A stretch of DNA of 59,686 bases, counting the filler. It is 6 parts of 6 records of this genome, joined end to end, with 100 filler letters (N's around TTAATTAATTAA, not from the genome) between each part and the next. Parts side by side here need not be neighbours in the genome. Positions count along the whole stretch, not along the records: positions 11,502 to 20,899 come from DRR723986_8282; positions 21,000 to 30,114 come from DRR723986_8283; positions 30,215 to 36,432 come from DRR723986_8284; 3 more parts are not named here. One strand, given 5' to 3'. Positions 20,197-30,289 of this stretch are shown here, piece by piece. The first letter of the stretch is position 1; every line of letters starts with the position of its first letter. The notes under the pieces were generated by a model, which saw nothing but the letters and a program-made list of their open reading frames with translations, searched no databases and was not told the DNA's origin. Made by a program: the position numbers and the translations under genes.

Positions 20197-20899
20197 ATGA
20201 GCGGCAGGACCGGAACCACCCGGGGCGGCACGGCCATCGTGGGCGTGGCCGAAAGCGACCTTGGCCGCGTGGCCGAGGGGGTGACGCCGCAGGACCTCAT
20301 GGCGCAGGGCATTCTGCGGGCGCTGGACGACGCGGGGCTGCGGCTGTCGGACGTGGACGGGCTGTTCCTCGCCGCCAGCCAGCTTCGGATGCCGACGATT
20401 TCCATGTGCGAATACCTCGGTATCGCGCCGCGCTACATGGACAGCAGCTTCACCGGCGGCGCCTCTTTCGAGGCGCTGGCCGCCCACGCCGCGCTGGCGC
20501 TGGAGGCGGGGGCCTGCGACGTGGCGGTGATCGCCTATGGCTCCACCCAGCGCAGCGCGCGCGGCAAGTTTGCCCCACAGCGCGACGTGACCGCCTATGA
20601 CGCGCCCTACAGGCCGCGCCTGCCGATCACCGGCTACGCGCTGGCGGCCAGCCGGCACATGGCCGAGTTCGGCACCCGGCGCGAGGATCTGGCCGAGATC
20701 GCCGTGGCGGCGCGCGGCTGGGCCAAGCTGAACCCCGCGGCCTTCGACCGGCGCGACCTGACCATCGGCGACGTGCTGGGGGCCAAGATGATCTCGACCC
20801 CGCTGACGGTGCGCGATTGCTGCCTCGTGACGGACGGCGGCGGCGCGGTGGTCATGGTGCGGGCGGATCGCGCGAAGGATCTGAAGCAGAAGCCGGTGT
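20197..20899 (+). CDS. Thiolase-like (SCP-x type) protein, truncated by contig end
   Basis: AIVGVAES, DVDGL, GGAS, YALAASRHMAEFG, DCCLVTDGGGAVV. Confidence 0.88.
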
Positions 20900-20999
20900 N
20901 NNNNNNNNNNNNNNNNNNNNNNNNNNNNNNNNNNNNNNNNNNNTTAATTAATTAANNNNNNNNNNNNNNNNNNNNNNNNNNNNNNNNNNNNNNNNNNNN

Positions 21000-21112
21000 C
21001 CCGCCGCGTGATCGACATTCTCGACCGGCGCGAAGAGGCGGTTGCCGAGGCCGAGCGGCAGAAACAGGTGGCCCGCGCGCAAGAGGCGTTCCTGCTGCCC
21101 GCGGCTGAGTGA
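21000..21112 (+). CDS. 3' end of an unidentified gene
   Basis: Open frame RRVIDILDRREEAVAEAERQKQVARAQEAFLLPAAE* ending 4 nt before the next ATG. Confidence 0.45.
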
Positions 21113-21116
21113 CCGC

Positions 21117-21854
21117 ATGACGGTGACCACCCTGATCGGCGTCCTGCTGACGGCCTATGTCTGCACGGATTTCCTGTTCACCACGATCGGCGCGACCCAG
21201 CGCCGGTTCATGACCCGCCGCATCGCCAGCCTCGTCTTCGGGATCTTCCGACGTCTGCCGGACGGGACCCTGCGGCACCTCGCCGTGGGTCCCGTGGTCA
21301 TGAGCGCGGTGGCCTCGTGGTGGGTCGCGGGCATCGGGCTGGGCTGGGGGCTGATCTTCGCCGGGTTCCGCTCTGCCGTGGTGATCGGAGACACCGGCGC
21401 GCCTGTCGGGCTGGCCGGGGCGCTGTCGCATTCGGGGCATCTGCTGTCGACACTGGGCGGCGGGATCACCGAGGCGACGAGCATCCCCTATGCCCTGCTG
21501 GGGGTCGCCTGCGCGGTCAACGGCATGGTGGTGCTGACGCTTTCGGTCAGCTTCGTGCTGTCGACCACCCAGACGGTGACACAGGGCAGGGGCCTTCTTC
21601 TGCTGCGGCAGGCCATCGGACCCGAGGACCCGGAGTGGCGGTCGACCATCCTGCCCGCGCTGGCCACGCTGGTCTCGCAGCTGAACACCGCCCCGCTGGC
21701 CCTGTTCTACAGCCACCCCGACCCGCGCCTGCGCCTGCCGAGACAGCTGGTGGAGCACTTCGGCGCGGAACCAGCCGCGCGGAAGATGCTTTCGGAGCTT
21801 CACGATACCCTGCCGTTGGATGACTGGGCAAAACGCTATCAACTGTCCGAATAG
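21117..21854 (+). CDS. Membrane protein resembling two-TM ion-channel family with a degenerate pore motif
   Basis: Hydrophobic helices flanking HSGHLLSTLGGG (cf. FSGYTLSTLGYG). Confidence 0.6.
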   Translation: MTVTTLIGVLLTAYVCTDFLFTTIGATQRRFMTRRIASLVFGIFRRLPDGTLRHLAVGPVVMSAVASWWVAGIGLGWGLIFAGFRSAVVIGDTGAPVGLAGALSHSGHLLSTLGGGITEATSIPYALLGVACAVNGMVVLTLSVSFVLSTTQTVTQGRGLLLLRQAIGPEDPEWRSTILPALATLVSQLNTAPLALFYSHPDPRLRLPRQLVEHFGAEPAARKMLSELHDTLPLDDWAKRYQLSE

Positions 21855-23455
21855 GCGAGGATGCGGCGCGCCGCCTCGTGTCCCAGATCGCGAACCCGCT
21901 CCAGCCCCTGCACGAAGGGGTCGGTGGGCAGCAGCACCGGGATCGCCACGCAGCTCAGCGTTCCGCGGCAGGTCTCGGGCAGGGCCACCGCGCAACTCAC
22001 CGGATCGAAGGCCCCCGCGCCAGAGGTGGCCAGCCCGGGAAACAGGGTCAGCAGATCGACGGGCCGCTGGCCGCGCGCGTCGATCACCCCGGCCACCGAC
22101 AGACTGCCCCCGGCGTGGTCGATGCGGATGCCGGACGGCTCTTCGGACAGGTCGTACTCGGTGCCGAGACGCAGCAGGTCCAGCACGCCGGCCTCGTGCA
22201 GGGCAAGCATCCGGCGGATCGACCTGTGCGGAACCGAGGCGTAGCAATCGGTGAAGACCGGCTTCAACTCGACGTTCAGGCGCGCCCTGTCCGCGTCGGT
22301 CAGATGCGGAACGATCGGTTCCAGCACCTCGTGCGCGCGCAGCAGCGCGCTGCGCCACGGGTCGGCCCGACGCGCCGCGCGGTCCTCTGCAGCGCGGGCC
22401 AGATCCGTGCGGCTGGCCTCCCACGGGTCGAGGGCAAGGCGCTCCACGAACATGCGCTCGGCGAGACCGTCGAGGTCCTCCACCCTCAGGGCCCGGGCTT
22501 TCGCCGCATCCACGGCCAAAAGATCGCGGACCAGCAGCGCATGGCAGCGGTCCAGCAGACCTTCGCCGCCGCGGGCCGTCTCTTCTGCCACCGCGCTTTC
22601 GGTGAGATGGGTCAGGTCGGGCAGGGGCACCGTGTAGAACCAGTCGGCGGGCGGCAGCAGCCCCTTGCGGGACATCATGGTGATCGCAAAGCCCTCCTGC
22701 CGGCCATTCGGCACCCAGCGCAGGCCGTCCGCCCCATCGACGAAGCGGCCATGGAACCCTGCCAGCGCGACCGCCGAGTCGATGGCGGTCAGCGAGGTGC
22801 CGAGGATCGCGACCTTCTGCCCGATGAAGCCGCGCAGCTTCTCGGCTGGCCAGGGCGATTGCAGGGGCACCGTGCTGCCCGTGTCCTCGTGGGTCCATTG
22901 ATGGCCGGTCGCGAGGATGACGTGGTCGAAGGCCGCTTCGTCCGCCCCGAAAGGCGAGGTCCAGCGCAGCGACAGGCGCCGCCCCACCCGCACGTCGAGG
23001 ATCTCGTGCCGCGCCCGCAGGGTGATACTGTGACCGCGCGCCCGGGCCCGCGCCACCAGCGCCGCCAGTTGCGCGGTGAAGTACTGGCCCAGCACGACAC
23101 GCGGGTAGAAGGCTTCCGGCCCGATCGTGTCGCGCGGCACATCCATCGCCCGCAGGGTATCGGCGTCGCAATCCTGCAACCAGTCCTCGAGGGTCTGGAC
23201 CAGCGGCGGAAGCTCTCGGCTGCCGATGTTGGCAAGCATCTGCGGATGGTTGATGCCATCGCGATAGGGCATCCCCGGGCCGGCGTGGCTGTCGCGCTCG
23301 AAGATATGGATATCCATGGGCGTCGGACCGTCGGTCAGCGCCTGCAGGGCGTAAAGGGTCGTCGGTCCGCCGCCCACACAGGCCACACTTGGCCTGTCAC
23401 GCGGTTCGGTCGCTGGCGCAGCGCCGTCGAGCTGCAGCGGCAAGGCATCGTTCAT
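21839..23455 (-). CDS. FAD/NAD(P)-binding protein (YdhS-like)
   Basis: VACVGGGPT, GPGMPY, MLANI, ILATGH, VAILGTSLTAID, MMSRKGLLP. Confidence 0.85.
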   Translation of the reverse strand: MNDALPLQLDGAAPATEPRDRPSVACVGGGPTTLYALQALTDGPTPMDIHIFERDSHAGPGMPYRDGINHPQMLANIGSRELPPLVQTLEDWLQDCDADTLRAMDVPRDTIGPEAFYPRVVLGQYFTAQLAALVARARARGHSITLRARHEILDVRVGRRLSLRWTSPFGADEAAFDHVILATGHQWTHEDTGSTVPLQSPWPAEKLRGFIGQKVAILGTSLTAIDSAVALAGFHGRFVDGADGLRWVPNGRQEGFAITMMSRKGLLPPADWFYTVPLPDLTHLTESAVAEETARGGEGLLDRCHALLVRDLLAVDAAKARALRVEDLDGLAERMFVERLALDPWEASRTDLARAAEDRAARRADPWRSALLRAHEVLEPIVPHLTDADRARLNVELKPVFTDCYASVPHRSIRRMLALHEAGVLDLLRLGTEYDLSEEPSGIRIDHAGGSLSVAGVIDARGQRPVDLLTLFPGLATSGAGAFDPVSCAVALPETCRGTLSCVAIPVLLPTDPFVQGLERVRDLGHEAARRILAYSDS

Positions 23456-23619
23456 GTCGAATGGGTCCCGCGTTGTCCGGTCGCGAAATCGCGGCACGGC
23501 GTCGTCCTGCATGGAACCGCGAAGCAGGCCCGCAGGTTCCACCGATATCGCCTGCCTCGCGCATTATCCGGGACAGGCGGCTCATCGGCCCCAAGCCCCC
23601 ATCTCGCGGAGACCCCCAC

Positions 23620-24756
23620 ATGCGTATCGCCGTCCTCTCGCACATCCGTCACCCGGTCGCGGCGCCCTTCATGGGCGGTATGGAGGCGCATTCCCATGCC
23701 CTCGTGACAGAGCTGGCGCGGCGCGGGCATGAGGTCACGCTCTTTGCCTCCGGCGATAGCGTCGTGCCGGGGGACGTCGCCCTGCACCCGGTGGTGCCAG
23801 AGCACTACGACCGCGCCTTTCCATGGCATGACTTCCACGGGACCGACGCCTTGAACCGGCATCTGGATGCGGCCTTCGCGGGGATCCTGCCGGTGCTCGA
23901 AACCGGCGGCTTCGACATCGTCCACAACAACAGCCTGCACCGCTATCCGCCGCGTCTTGCCCGCAGCATCGGCCTGCCGATGCTGACCTCGCTGCATGTG
24001 CCGCCCTTCGATGCGCTCCGGCGTGCCGTCCATGCCTCGGGGGCGCCGTGGTCGCGCTTCACGGTCTGCTCGCAGCATCAACTGGGCCTGTGGTCCGACG
24101 GGGCCGGGGATCGCTTTACCGAGGTCGTTCCGAACGGCATAGACACCCGCCTCTGGGCCTATCGCGCGACGGGCGACGGCGCGGCGGTCTGGTTCGGCAG
24201 GATCACCCCCAACAAGGGCACGGCAGAGGCGGTTCAGGCGGCGCGCCTCGCCGGCATGGCTCTGACGCTCTACGGCCCCGTGGAGCATCGCGACTACTTC
24301 GACGAGGCGGTGGCGCCATGGCTTGGCAAGGGCGTCACCTACGGCGGCAACCTCTCGCCCGACGAACTGTCCCGCCGGGTGGCCCGCGCCTCCGTCGTGC
24401 TGTTCACCCCGCGCTGGGACGAGCCCTTCGGCCTTGCCGCCGTCGAGGCCATGTCCTGCGGGGTGCCGGTCGCGGCCTTCGGACGGGGCGCCGTTCCAAA
24501 TGTGGTGGGCAGCGGCGGCGTGATCGCCAAGGAGGACACCCCCTCGGCCCTTGCGGTGGCCATGCTCGCGGCCCGCAAGCTCGACAGGGCGGCGGTGCGG
24601 GCGCATGTGACGCGGAATTTCACCACCGCGCGCATGGTCGATGCCTATGAGAGCCTCTACGCGCGCTGCGCGGCGGGGGTGGAGAGCCCTCTCCCGCAGG
24701 TGTCCTTCCCGGAGATAGAGTTGCCGCGCCGCGAAGTCGCCTTGGCTGTGGAGTAG
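23620..24756 (+). CDS. GT4 family glycosyltransferase
   Basis: PFMGGMEAH, GHEVTLFASGDS, VVPNGID, GRITPNKG, WDEPFGLAAVEAMSCGVPV. Confidence 0.9.
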   Translation: MRIAVLSHIRHPVAAPFMGGMEAHSHALVTELARRGHEVTLFASGDSVVPGDVALHPVVPEHYDRAFPWHDFHGTDALNRHLDAAFAGILPVLETGGFDIVHNNSLHRYPPRLARSIGLPMLTSLHVPPFDALRRAVHASGAPWSRFTVCSQHQLGLWSDGAGDRFTEVVPNGIDTRLWAYRATGDGAAVWFGRITPNKGTAEAVQAARLAGMALTLYGPVEHRDYFDEAVAPWLGKGVTYGGNLSPDELSRRVARASVVLFTPRWDEPFGLAAVEAMSCGVPVAAFGRGAVPNVVGSGGVIAKEDTPSALAVAMLAARKLDRAAVRAHVTRNFTTARMVDAYESLYARCAAGVESPLPQVSFPEIELPRREVALAVE

Positions 24757-25160
24757 CCTGACGGGGAGATCGGGAGGCCCGGAGCGCGGCGAAATGTGGC
24801 CCGAGGGCCGACGGTGTCGGATGTTGCGCGGGACGCCGTAGCCCGGGAGGTTCGGGCGGCTTGGGCGTCTTGGCGCTGGCGGATGGCGAAGTTTCGGGGG
24901 CCTTGGTCGGCTCTTGCAGGCGACCCGGCCTGTTTTCGAGGCAGGCGTCGCGCGGGTGCGGTTTGGGCGGAAGCGTCCGCCAAGACACCCACGGCCCGCG
25001 GTCTTGCTGTGCCTCAAATTCGCGCAATCAGTAATCCTCGCCATTTCAAGGGCTTGTCCGGACCGCCGACAACAAAGCCCGACGGCATACTGACATTTCC
25101 AAACACGAAGATTGACATGTTAGGCGATCCTCTTTCACATTTCAGGGGAAAGGTCTTGCC

Positions 25161-25922
25161 ATGTATGATCCCAGCTCCCCGCTTCTGCGTACCGCTCTGG
25201 CCCCGGACGGCCTGCCCCAGCCCGAGGCCAAGGCGCGGTTCGCCGAGGATCGCCTGCTCGACGCGGTGATCTGGTGCGAGGTCCTGCCGGGCGAAGCCGT
25301 GACCGAGGCGGACGTGATGGAGCGCTTTGCCCTCACCCGCGCCGCCGCGCGGGCCGCCCTGACGCGGCTGGGGTATGACGGCTGGGCCACCCCGCAGCCC
25401 CGCCTCGGCTGGCAGATCCTGCCGGTCTCGGGCGCGCTGGTGGGGCAGGTGTTGACCGCGCGCCGTCTCGTGGAGCCTGCGGCGCTGGCCGCCGCGCCCC
25501 TGACCGCGGCGCAGCGGTCCGAGGTGGAGATGACGGGCCAGATCCTGACCGCGATGCAGCACGATCCGGGCGGCGCGGGGTTCCGCCATTTCGTCGACCG
25601 CGTGGACAGCGCGCTTCTGGGCGCGCTCGACGATTTCACCGCGCGGCATCTGCGCAAGCTCTGGCATCATTCGGCGCGGATGGTGCGCTACCTTGAAGAT
25701 GCCGGCGCGGGCCGCATGTTCCGCCGGGAGGAGGTCTTCGACCTGATCGAGGCGGTGACGCAGGGGGATGGCGCGCGGATCGCCCGCGCCCGCCACGCGC
25801 TGATCGACGCACAGGAACGCTTTGTCCTGCAACAGATGCTGAAAAGCGACGCCGCACTGGGCCCCGGCAGCGGGTTGGGTGCGCGGAAACCACAGGCTGC
25901 CACGCAAGGGAGACCGACATGA
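25161..25922 (+). CDS. GntR-like transcriptional regulator
   Basis: N-terminal wHTH-like PGEAVTEADVMERFALTRAAARAALTRL..PRLGW; first gene of the ABC operon. Confidence 0.7.
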   Translation: MYDPSSPLLRTALAPDGLPQPEAKARFAEDRLLDAVIWCEVLPGEAVTEADVMERFALTRAAARAALTRLGYDGWATPQPRLGWQILPVSGALVGQVLTARRLVEPAALAAAPLTAAQRSEVEMTGQILTAMQHDPGGAGFRHFVDRVDSALLGALDDFTARHLRKLWHHSARMVRYLEDAGAGRMFRREEVFDLIEAVTQGDGARIARARHALIDAQERFVLQQMLKSDAALGPGSGLGARKPQAATQGRPT

Positions 25923-27409
25923 AGACCCTGAGACCCGGACTGCTGGCCGGGGTGGCGCTTATGGCGCTGGCCCTGCCTGCAAGCGCCCGCGACCTGACCA
26001 TCGACCTGACCGGAGAGCCGTCCTCGCTGGACCCCCACATGCAGTGGAACCCGGACAGCTACTACGTCTACCGCAACATCTTCGACAACCTCGTGACCCG
26101 CGACAACGACGGCGAGATCGTGCCGCAGATCGCGACAGAGTGGGAATACGCCAGCGACACGGAACTGGTGCTGACGATCCGCGACGACGTGACCTTTCAC
26201 GACGGCGAGCCGCTGACGCCGGAGGACGTGGTGTTCTCGGTCCTGCGCATCACGAACCCGGACCTCGGCTCGCCGCAGCTGGGGCAGTTCAACTCGATCA
26301 CCGGGGCCGAGGTGATGGAGGGCAACAAGGTCAAGCTGACCACCGACGGGCCGTACCCGGCGCTGCTGGCGCAGCTGGTGAAACTGTCGGTGGTGCCGCA
26401 GCACGTCGTCGAAGAGGTCGGCAACGACGCCTTCAACGCGGCGCCGGTGGGATCGGGGCCGTATTCCTTCGAGGAGTGGAACCGGGGCGTGTCGGTGACG
26501 CTGACGCAAAACGGCGATTACTGGGGCGACATGGGGCCGTTCGAGACCGCGACCTTCCGCGCGGTGCCCGATGCGGCGACGCGGATCGCGGACCTGATGG
26601 CCGGCACCGCCGATCTTGTGGTGGGACTGGACAGCGACGGCGCCATGCAGATGGCGGGTAACGACGCGGTCAAGACGCTGAGCGCCCCGACCGAGCGCGT
26701 GGCCTACCTTGGCTGGAACCTCGACGTGGCGCCCTTCAACGATCCGGACCTGCGCGAGGCGGCGTCGCTGGCGATCGACTCGGCGGGCATCGCAGAGGGG
26801 CTGCTGGGCGCGGGCGAGGCGCCGGTGGCGCAATTGGCCAGCCCCGCGCACTTCGGCTATGCCGATAGCATCGCGCCCTTCGAGTACGACCCCGAGAAGG
26901 CGGCCGAGATCGTGGCCACCAAGGCCGACATCGCGGCGACGCCCACCACCTTTGCCACGGCGCCGGTGTTCGACCAGCGCGTCGTGCAGGCGCTGCAGCA
27001 GATGCTGAACGACGTGGGCTTCAACGTCGAAATCTCCATGACCGACATGCCCACCTACCTTGCCGCCGCGCGGGCCGAGCGCGCCGACCGGCCGCAACTA
27101 AGCTTCGGTCGTTGGTCCTGCGCCTGTCAGGACGCCGACGGCATCGCCTATCCGCTGCTGCATTCGGGCAGTTCGTGGAGCCGGGTGGACATGCCCGAAC
27201 TGGACGCGCTGCTCGAAGAGGCGCGGACCTCGTTGGACGAGGCGACGCGGCAAGAGGCCTACACCAAGGTCCATCAGATCGTGCGCGACCAATACCTGCT
27301 GCGCCCGATCTATCAGGCAGCGGTGCTCTACGGCGCCAAGGCAGAGCTGGAGTTCACGCCCACCGCGAACGAAAGCCTGTTCCTGAACCGCATGAGCTGG
27401 TCCGAGTAA
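25919..27409 (+). CDS. ABC transporter substrate-binding protein (family 5, peptide/nickel type)
   Basis: Signal peptide, EPSSLDP, FHDGEPLTPEDVVFS, PVGSGPY. Confidence 0.92.
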   Translation: MKTLRPGLLAGVALMALALPASARDLTIDLTGEPSSLDPHMQWNPDSYYVYRNIFDNLVTRDNDGEIVPQIATEWEYASDTELVLTIRDDVTFHDGEPLTPEDVVFSVLRITNPDLGSPQLGQFNSITGAEVMEGNKVKLTTDGPYPALLAQLVKLSVVPQHVVEEVGNDAFNAAPVGSGPYSFEEWNRGVSVTLTQNGDYWGDMGPFETATFRAVPDAATRIADLMAGTADLVVGLDSDGAMQMAGNDAVKTLSAPTERVAYLGWNLDVAPFNDPDLREAASLAIDSAGIAEGLLGAGEAPVAQLASPAHFGYADSIAPFEYDPEKAAEIVATKADIAATPTTFATAPVFDQRVVQALQQMLNDVGFNVEISMTDMPTYLAAARAERADRPQLSFGRWSCACQDADGIAYPLLHSGSSWSRVDMPELDALLEEARTSLDEATRQEAYTKVHQIVRDQYLLRPIYQAAVLYGAKAELEFTPTANESLFLNRMSWSE

Positions 27410-27410
27410 C

Positions 27411-28334
27411 ATGGGCCGGTTCCTCCTGCGACGCGGCGGTCAGGCGCTGATTGCGGTCTTCGGGGTCGTGACGCTGGTGTTCTTCATCCAGCGTCTGACC
27501 GGCGATCCGGTTCTGCTGCTGGTGCCTGAGACCGCGACGCAGGCGGACATAGAGGCCATGCGGCGGACGCTTGGCCTCGATCGCGCCCTCTGGGTGCAAT
27601 ACCTCGACTTTCTGGGGGACATGCTGCGGCTGGATCTGGGCCGCAGCTATGTCCAGAACGCGCCAGTCTGGGACATCCTGCTCAGCCGCGTGCCCCAGAC
27701 CCTGCAACTGGCCGCCGGTGCGCTGGCGGTGGCCACGATCATCGGCCTGCCACTCGGCCTGATCATGGCGCTGACCCGGGGGCGGGCGGTGTCGCGGGCG
27801 ATCATGGGGGTCGTTCTGGCCTTTCAGTCGCTGCCGACCTTCTGGAGCGGGATCATGATGATCCTCGTCTTCGGTGTCACGCTGAAGTGGCTCCCGCCCT
27901 CGGGGACCGGCACATGGGCGCATCTGGTGATGCCCTCCATCGCGCTGGGGCTGCTGTCTCTGGCGACCTATGCGCGGATCGCACGGGCGTCGGTGGTCGA
28001 CGAGTTGGGCAAGGACTATGTCCGATCCGCCCGCGCGCGCGGCGTCGGCACCGGGCGGCTGGTGCGCCGCCACCTGATGCGCAACGCGGCGATCCCGGTG
28101 ATTTCCATCACCGCGCTGGAGGTGTCGCAACTGCTGGCAGGCGCGGTGATCGTGGAAACGGTCTTTGCCTGGCCGGGGCTGGGGCTGCTCACGGTGCAAA
28201 GCATCGCGGCCCGCGATTTCATGGTGGTGCAGGCGGTGGTCCTGCTGGGCGCCTTCGTCACCATCGCGGCCAACCTTCTGGCCGACATCCTCTATACGGT
28301 GGTGGACCCGCGCGTCCGCCTCACCGAGACATGA
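27411..28334 (+). CDS. ABC transporter permease (DppB-like)
   Basis: GDPV, LGLDR, DLGRS, YVRSARARG, ETVFAWPGLG. Confidence 0.92.
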   Translation: MGRFLLRRGGQALIAVFGVVTLVFFIQRLTGDPVLLLVPETATQADIEAMRRTLGLDRALWVQYLDFLGDMLRLDLGRSYVQNAPVWDILLSRVPQTLQLAAGALAVATIIGLPLGLIMALTRGRAVSRAIMGVVLAFQSLPTFWSGIMMILVFGVTLKWLPPSGTGTWAHLVMPSIALGLLSLATYARIARASVVDELGKDYVRSARARGVGTGRLVRRHLMRNAAIPVISITALEVSQLLAGAVIVETVFAWPGLGLLTVQSIAARDFMVVQAVVLLGAFVTIAANLLADILYTVVDPRVRLTET

Positions 28335-29155
28335 GCCGCGCGCGCGCCGCCCTGGGCTGGTGGCCCGCATGGCTGCTGGGCGCGCTGGTGCTGGTGGCGC
28401 TGCTGGCGCCGTGGCTGGCGCCGATGGACCCGGACCGGCAGAACCTGCTGGCGCGGCTCAAGGCGCCGGGGTTCGAGGCGCGCGGCGCGGTCTATGCGCT
28501 GGGGTCCGACGAACTGGGGCGCGACGTGCTCAGCCGGGTGATCCACGGCGCGCGGGTCTCGATCTCTGTCGCCGTGGCCTCGGTCATCCTGTCGGGCGTC
28601 GTGGGCGTCGCGGTGGGGATGCTGGCGGGCTACCTGCGCGGCTGGACGGAAACCGTGCTGATGCGGCTGGTGGACATCTTCCTGTCGATCCCGGCGATCC
28701 TTCTGGCGATCATCACCGTGGCGGTGCTGGGGCCGGGGTTCGTCAACGTGATCCTTGTCCTCGCACTGACCCGCTGGCCGCGCTACGCCCGCGTCGCCTA
28801 TGGCCAGACGCTGGCGCTGGCGGACCGGCCCTTCGTGCGGCTGTCGCGGGCGATGGGGGCCAGCACCCCGCGCGTGCTGGCGGTGCACATCCTGCCCAAC
28901 ATCACCGGCCCGCTGCTGGTGGTCGCGACGCTGGAATTCGGACTGATGGTTCTGTTCGAGGCGGGGCTCAGCTTTCTGGGCCTCGGCGTGCAGCCGCCCA
29001 TGGCGAGCTGGGGCGCGATGCTGTCGACGGGCCGCAACTACATCGCCACGGCTTGGTGGATCGCCACCTTTCCGGGGCTTGCGCTGTTCCTCCTCGTGCT
29101 GTCGGCCAACATGATCGGCGACAAGCTTGGAGACGTGATCGGAAAGGGACGCTAG
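28331..29155 (+). CDS. ABC transporter permease (DppC-like)
   Basis: From ATG 28331: LGSDELGRDVLSR, HILPN, EAGLSFLGLG. Confidence 0.92.
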   Translation: MSRARAALGWWPAWLLGALVLVALLAPWLAPMDPDRQNLLARLKAPGFEARGAVYALGSDELGRDVLSRVIHGARVSISVAVASVILSGVVGVAVGMLAGYLRGWTETVLMRLVDIFLSIPAILLAIITVAVLGPGFVNVILVLALTRWPRYARVAYGQTLALADRPFVRLSRAMGASTPRVLAVHILPNITGPLLVVATLEFGLMVLFEAGLSFLGLGVQPPMASWGAMLSTGRNYIATAWWIATFPGLALFLLVLSANMIGDKLGDVIGKGR

Positions 29156-29157
29156 GG

Positions 29158-29916
29158 ATGCATTTCGGAGACGAGTTCAAGGGCCGCCGCGTGGTGGTCA
29201 CGGGGGCGGCGGGCGTCATGGGGCGCGCGCTGGCCGAGACCTTCGACGAGGCGGGGGCAGAGGTCTGCCGCGCCGACGTGAACGCCGACAGCCTGCCGGG
29301 CTTCGCCGTGGCCGCCGACCTGACCACGGATCACGGGCTGGAGACGCTGTTGCAGGCGGTGGCCGACCGCTGGGGCGCGCCGGACGTGGTGGTGAACAAC
29401 GCCGCCATCTACCCCTCCGCCTTCCTGCTGGATATGAGCGTGGCGGATTGGGACCGCATCATGGACCTGAACGTCCGCGCGCCCTTCGTGCTGACGCGGG
29501 GTTTTGCGTTGCAGATGATCGACAAGGGCGTGCGCGGCTCGGTCATCAACATCTCGTCCGGCGCGGCACGCAAGATGCGGCGCACCGCCGTCACCTATTG
29601 CGCGTCCAAGACGGCGCTGGACCGGTTCACCAAGGGGTTCGCGCTGGAGCTGGCAGAGTTCGGCATCCGCGTGAACTGTCTGGAACCGGGTTTCGCGCCG
29701 GGCAGCGCGGTGTCGGCGCTGAGTCAGGAACACATCGACCGCGTGACGAACAACATCCCGCTGAAGGCGCAGACCACCAAGGCCGACATCGGCGCGGCGG
29801 CGCTCTACCTGGCCTCGGACGCGGCGAAGAACGTCACCGGCACCTCGCTGGCGGTGGACGGCGGCAATTCGGCGGGCGTCATGGACGTCTATCAGGACAA
29901 GAAGCACCCGCTATGA
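29158..29916 (+). CDS. SDR-family oxidoreductase
   Basis: VVVTGAAGVMG, NNAA, YCASK, VTGTSLAVDGG. Confidence 0.92.
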   Translation: MHFGDEFKGRRVVVTGAAGVMGRALAETFDEAGAEVCRADVNADSLPGFAVAADLTTDHGLETLLQAVADRWGAPDVVVNNAAIYPSAFLLDMSVADWDRIMDLNVRAPFVLTRGFALQMIDKGVRGSVINISSGAARKMRRTAVTYCASKTALDRFTKGFALELAEFGIRVNCLEPGFAPGSAVSALSQEHIDRVTNNIPLKAQTTKADIGAAALYLASDAAKNVTGTSLAVDGGNSAGVMDVYQDKKHPL

Positions 29917-30114
29917 TCTGGGAGGCGCCCGCATACCGCTGGCCTCGTGGCCACACCGCCGCCGCCTGTTTCAGCGTCGACGTGGACGCGCTGTCGCCCT
30001 ACCTGTGGCAGCACCGGGACGCGATGCCCGGCAAGCTGGCGGCGGTCGAGCATCGCCGCTACGGGATGCGGCGCGGGCTGGCGCGGATGGTCGACATGCT
30101 GGACCGGCTGGGGG
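29913..30114 (+). CDS. Polysaccharide deacetylase family (PuuE-like), truncated
   Basis: WPRGHTAAACFSVDVDA...YGMRRGLARMVDMLDRLG. Confidence 0.8.
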
Positions 30115-30214
30115 NNNNNNNNNNNNNNNNNNNNNNNNNNNNNNNNNNNNNNNNNNNNTTAATTAATTAANNNNNNNNNNNNNNNNNNNNNNNNNNNNNN
30201 NNNNNNNNNNNNNN

Positions 30215-30289
30215 ATAATCCCGCCACACATCGCCAGAGGCTGCGCGCATCAATCCAAAAGCGCGTCCATACTCTGGTGCGCTACTCAT
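30215..30289 (-). CDS. tenA: Probable TenA (thiaminase II), 5' end only
   Basis: MSSAPEYGRAFGLMRAASGDVWRDY; ATGA overlap with the upstream thiY-like gene; thiamine operon context. Only 25 codons visible. Confidence 0.55.

Noticed and set aside
24757-25160. 400-bp intergenic region before the GntR-like gene
   Set aside because: No recognisable RNA motif, repeat or credible ORF; probably promoter and spacer.
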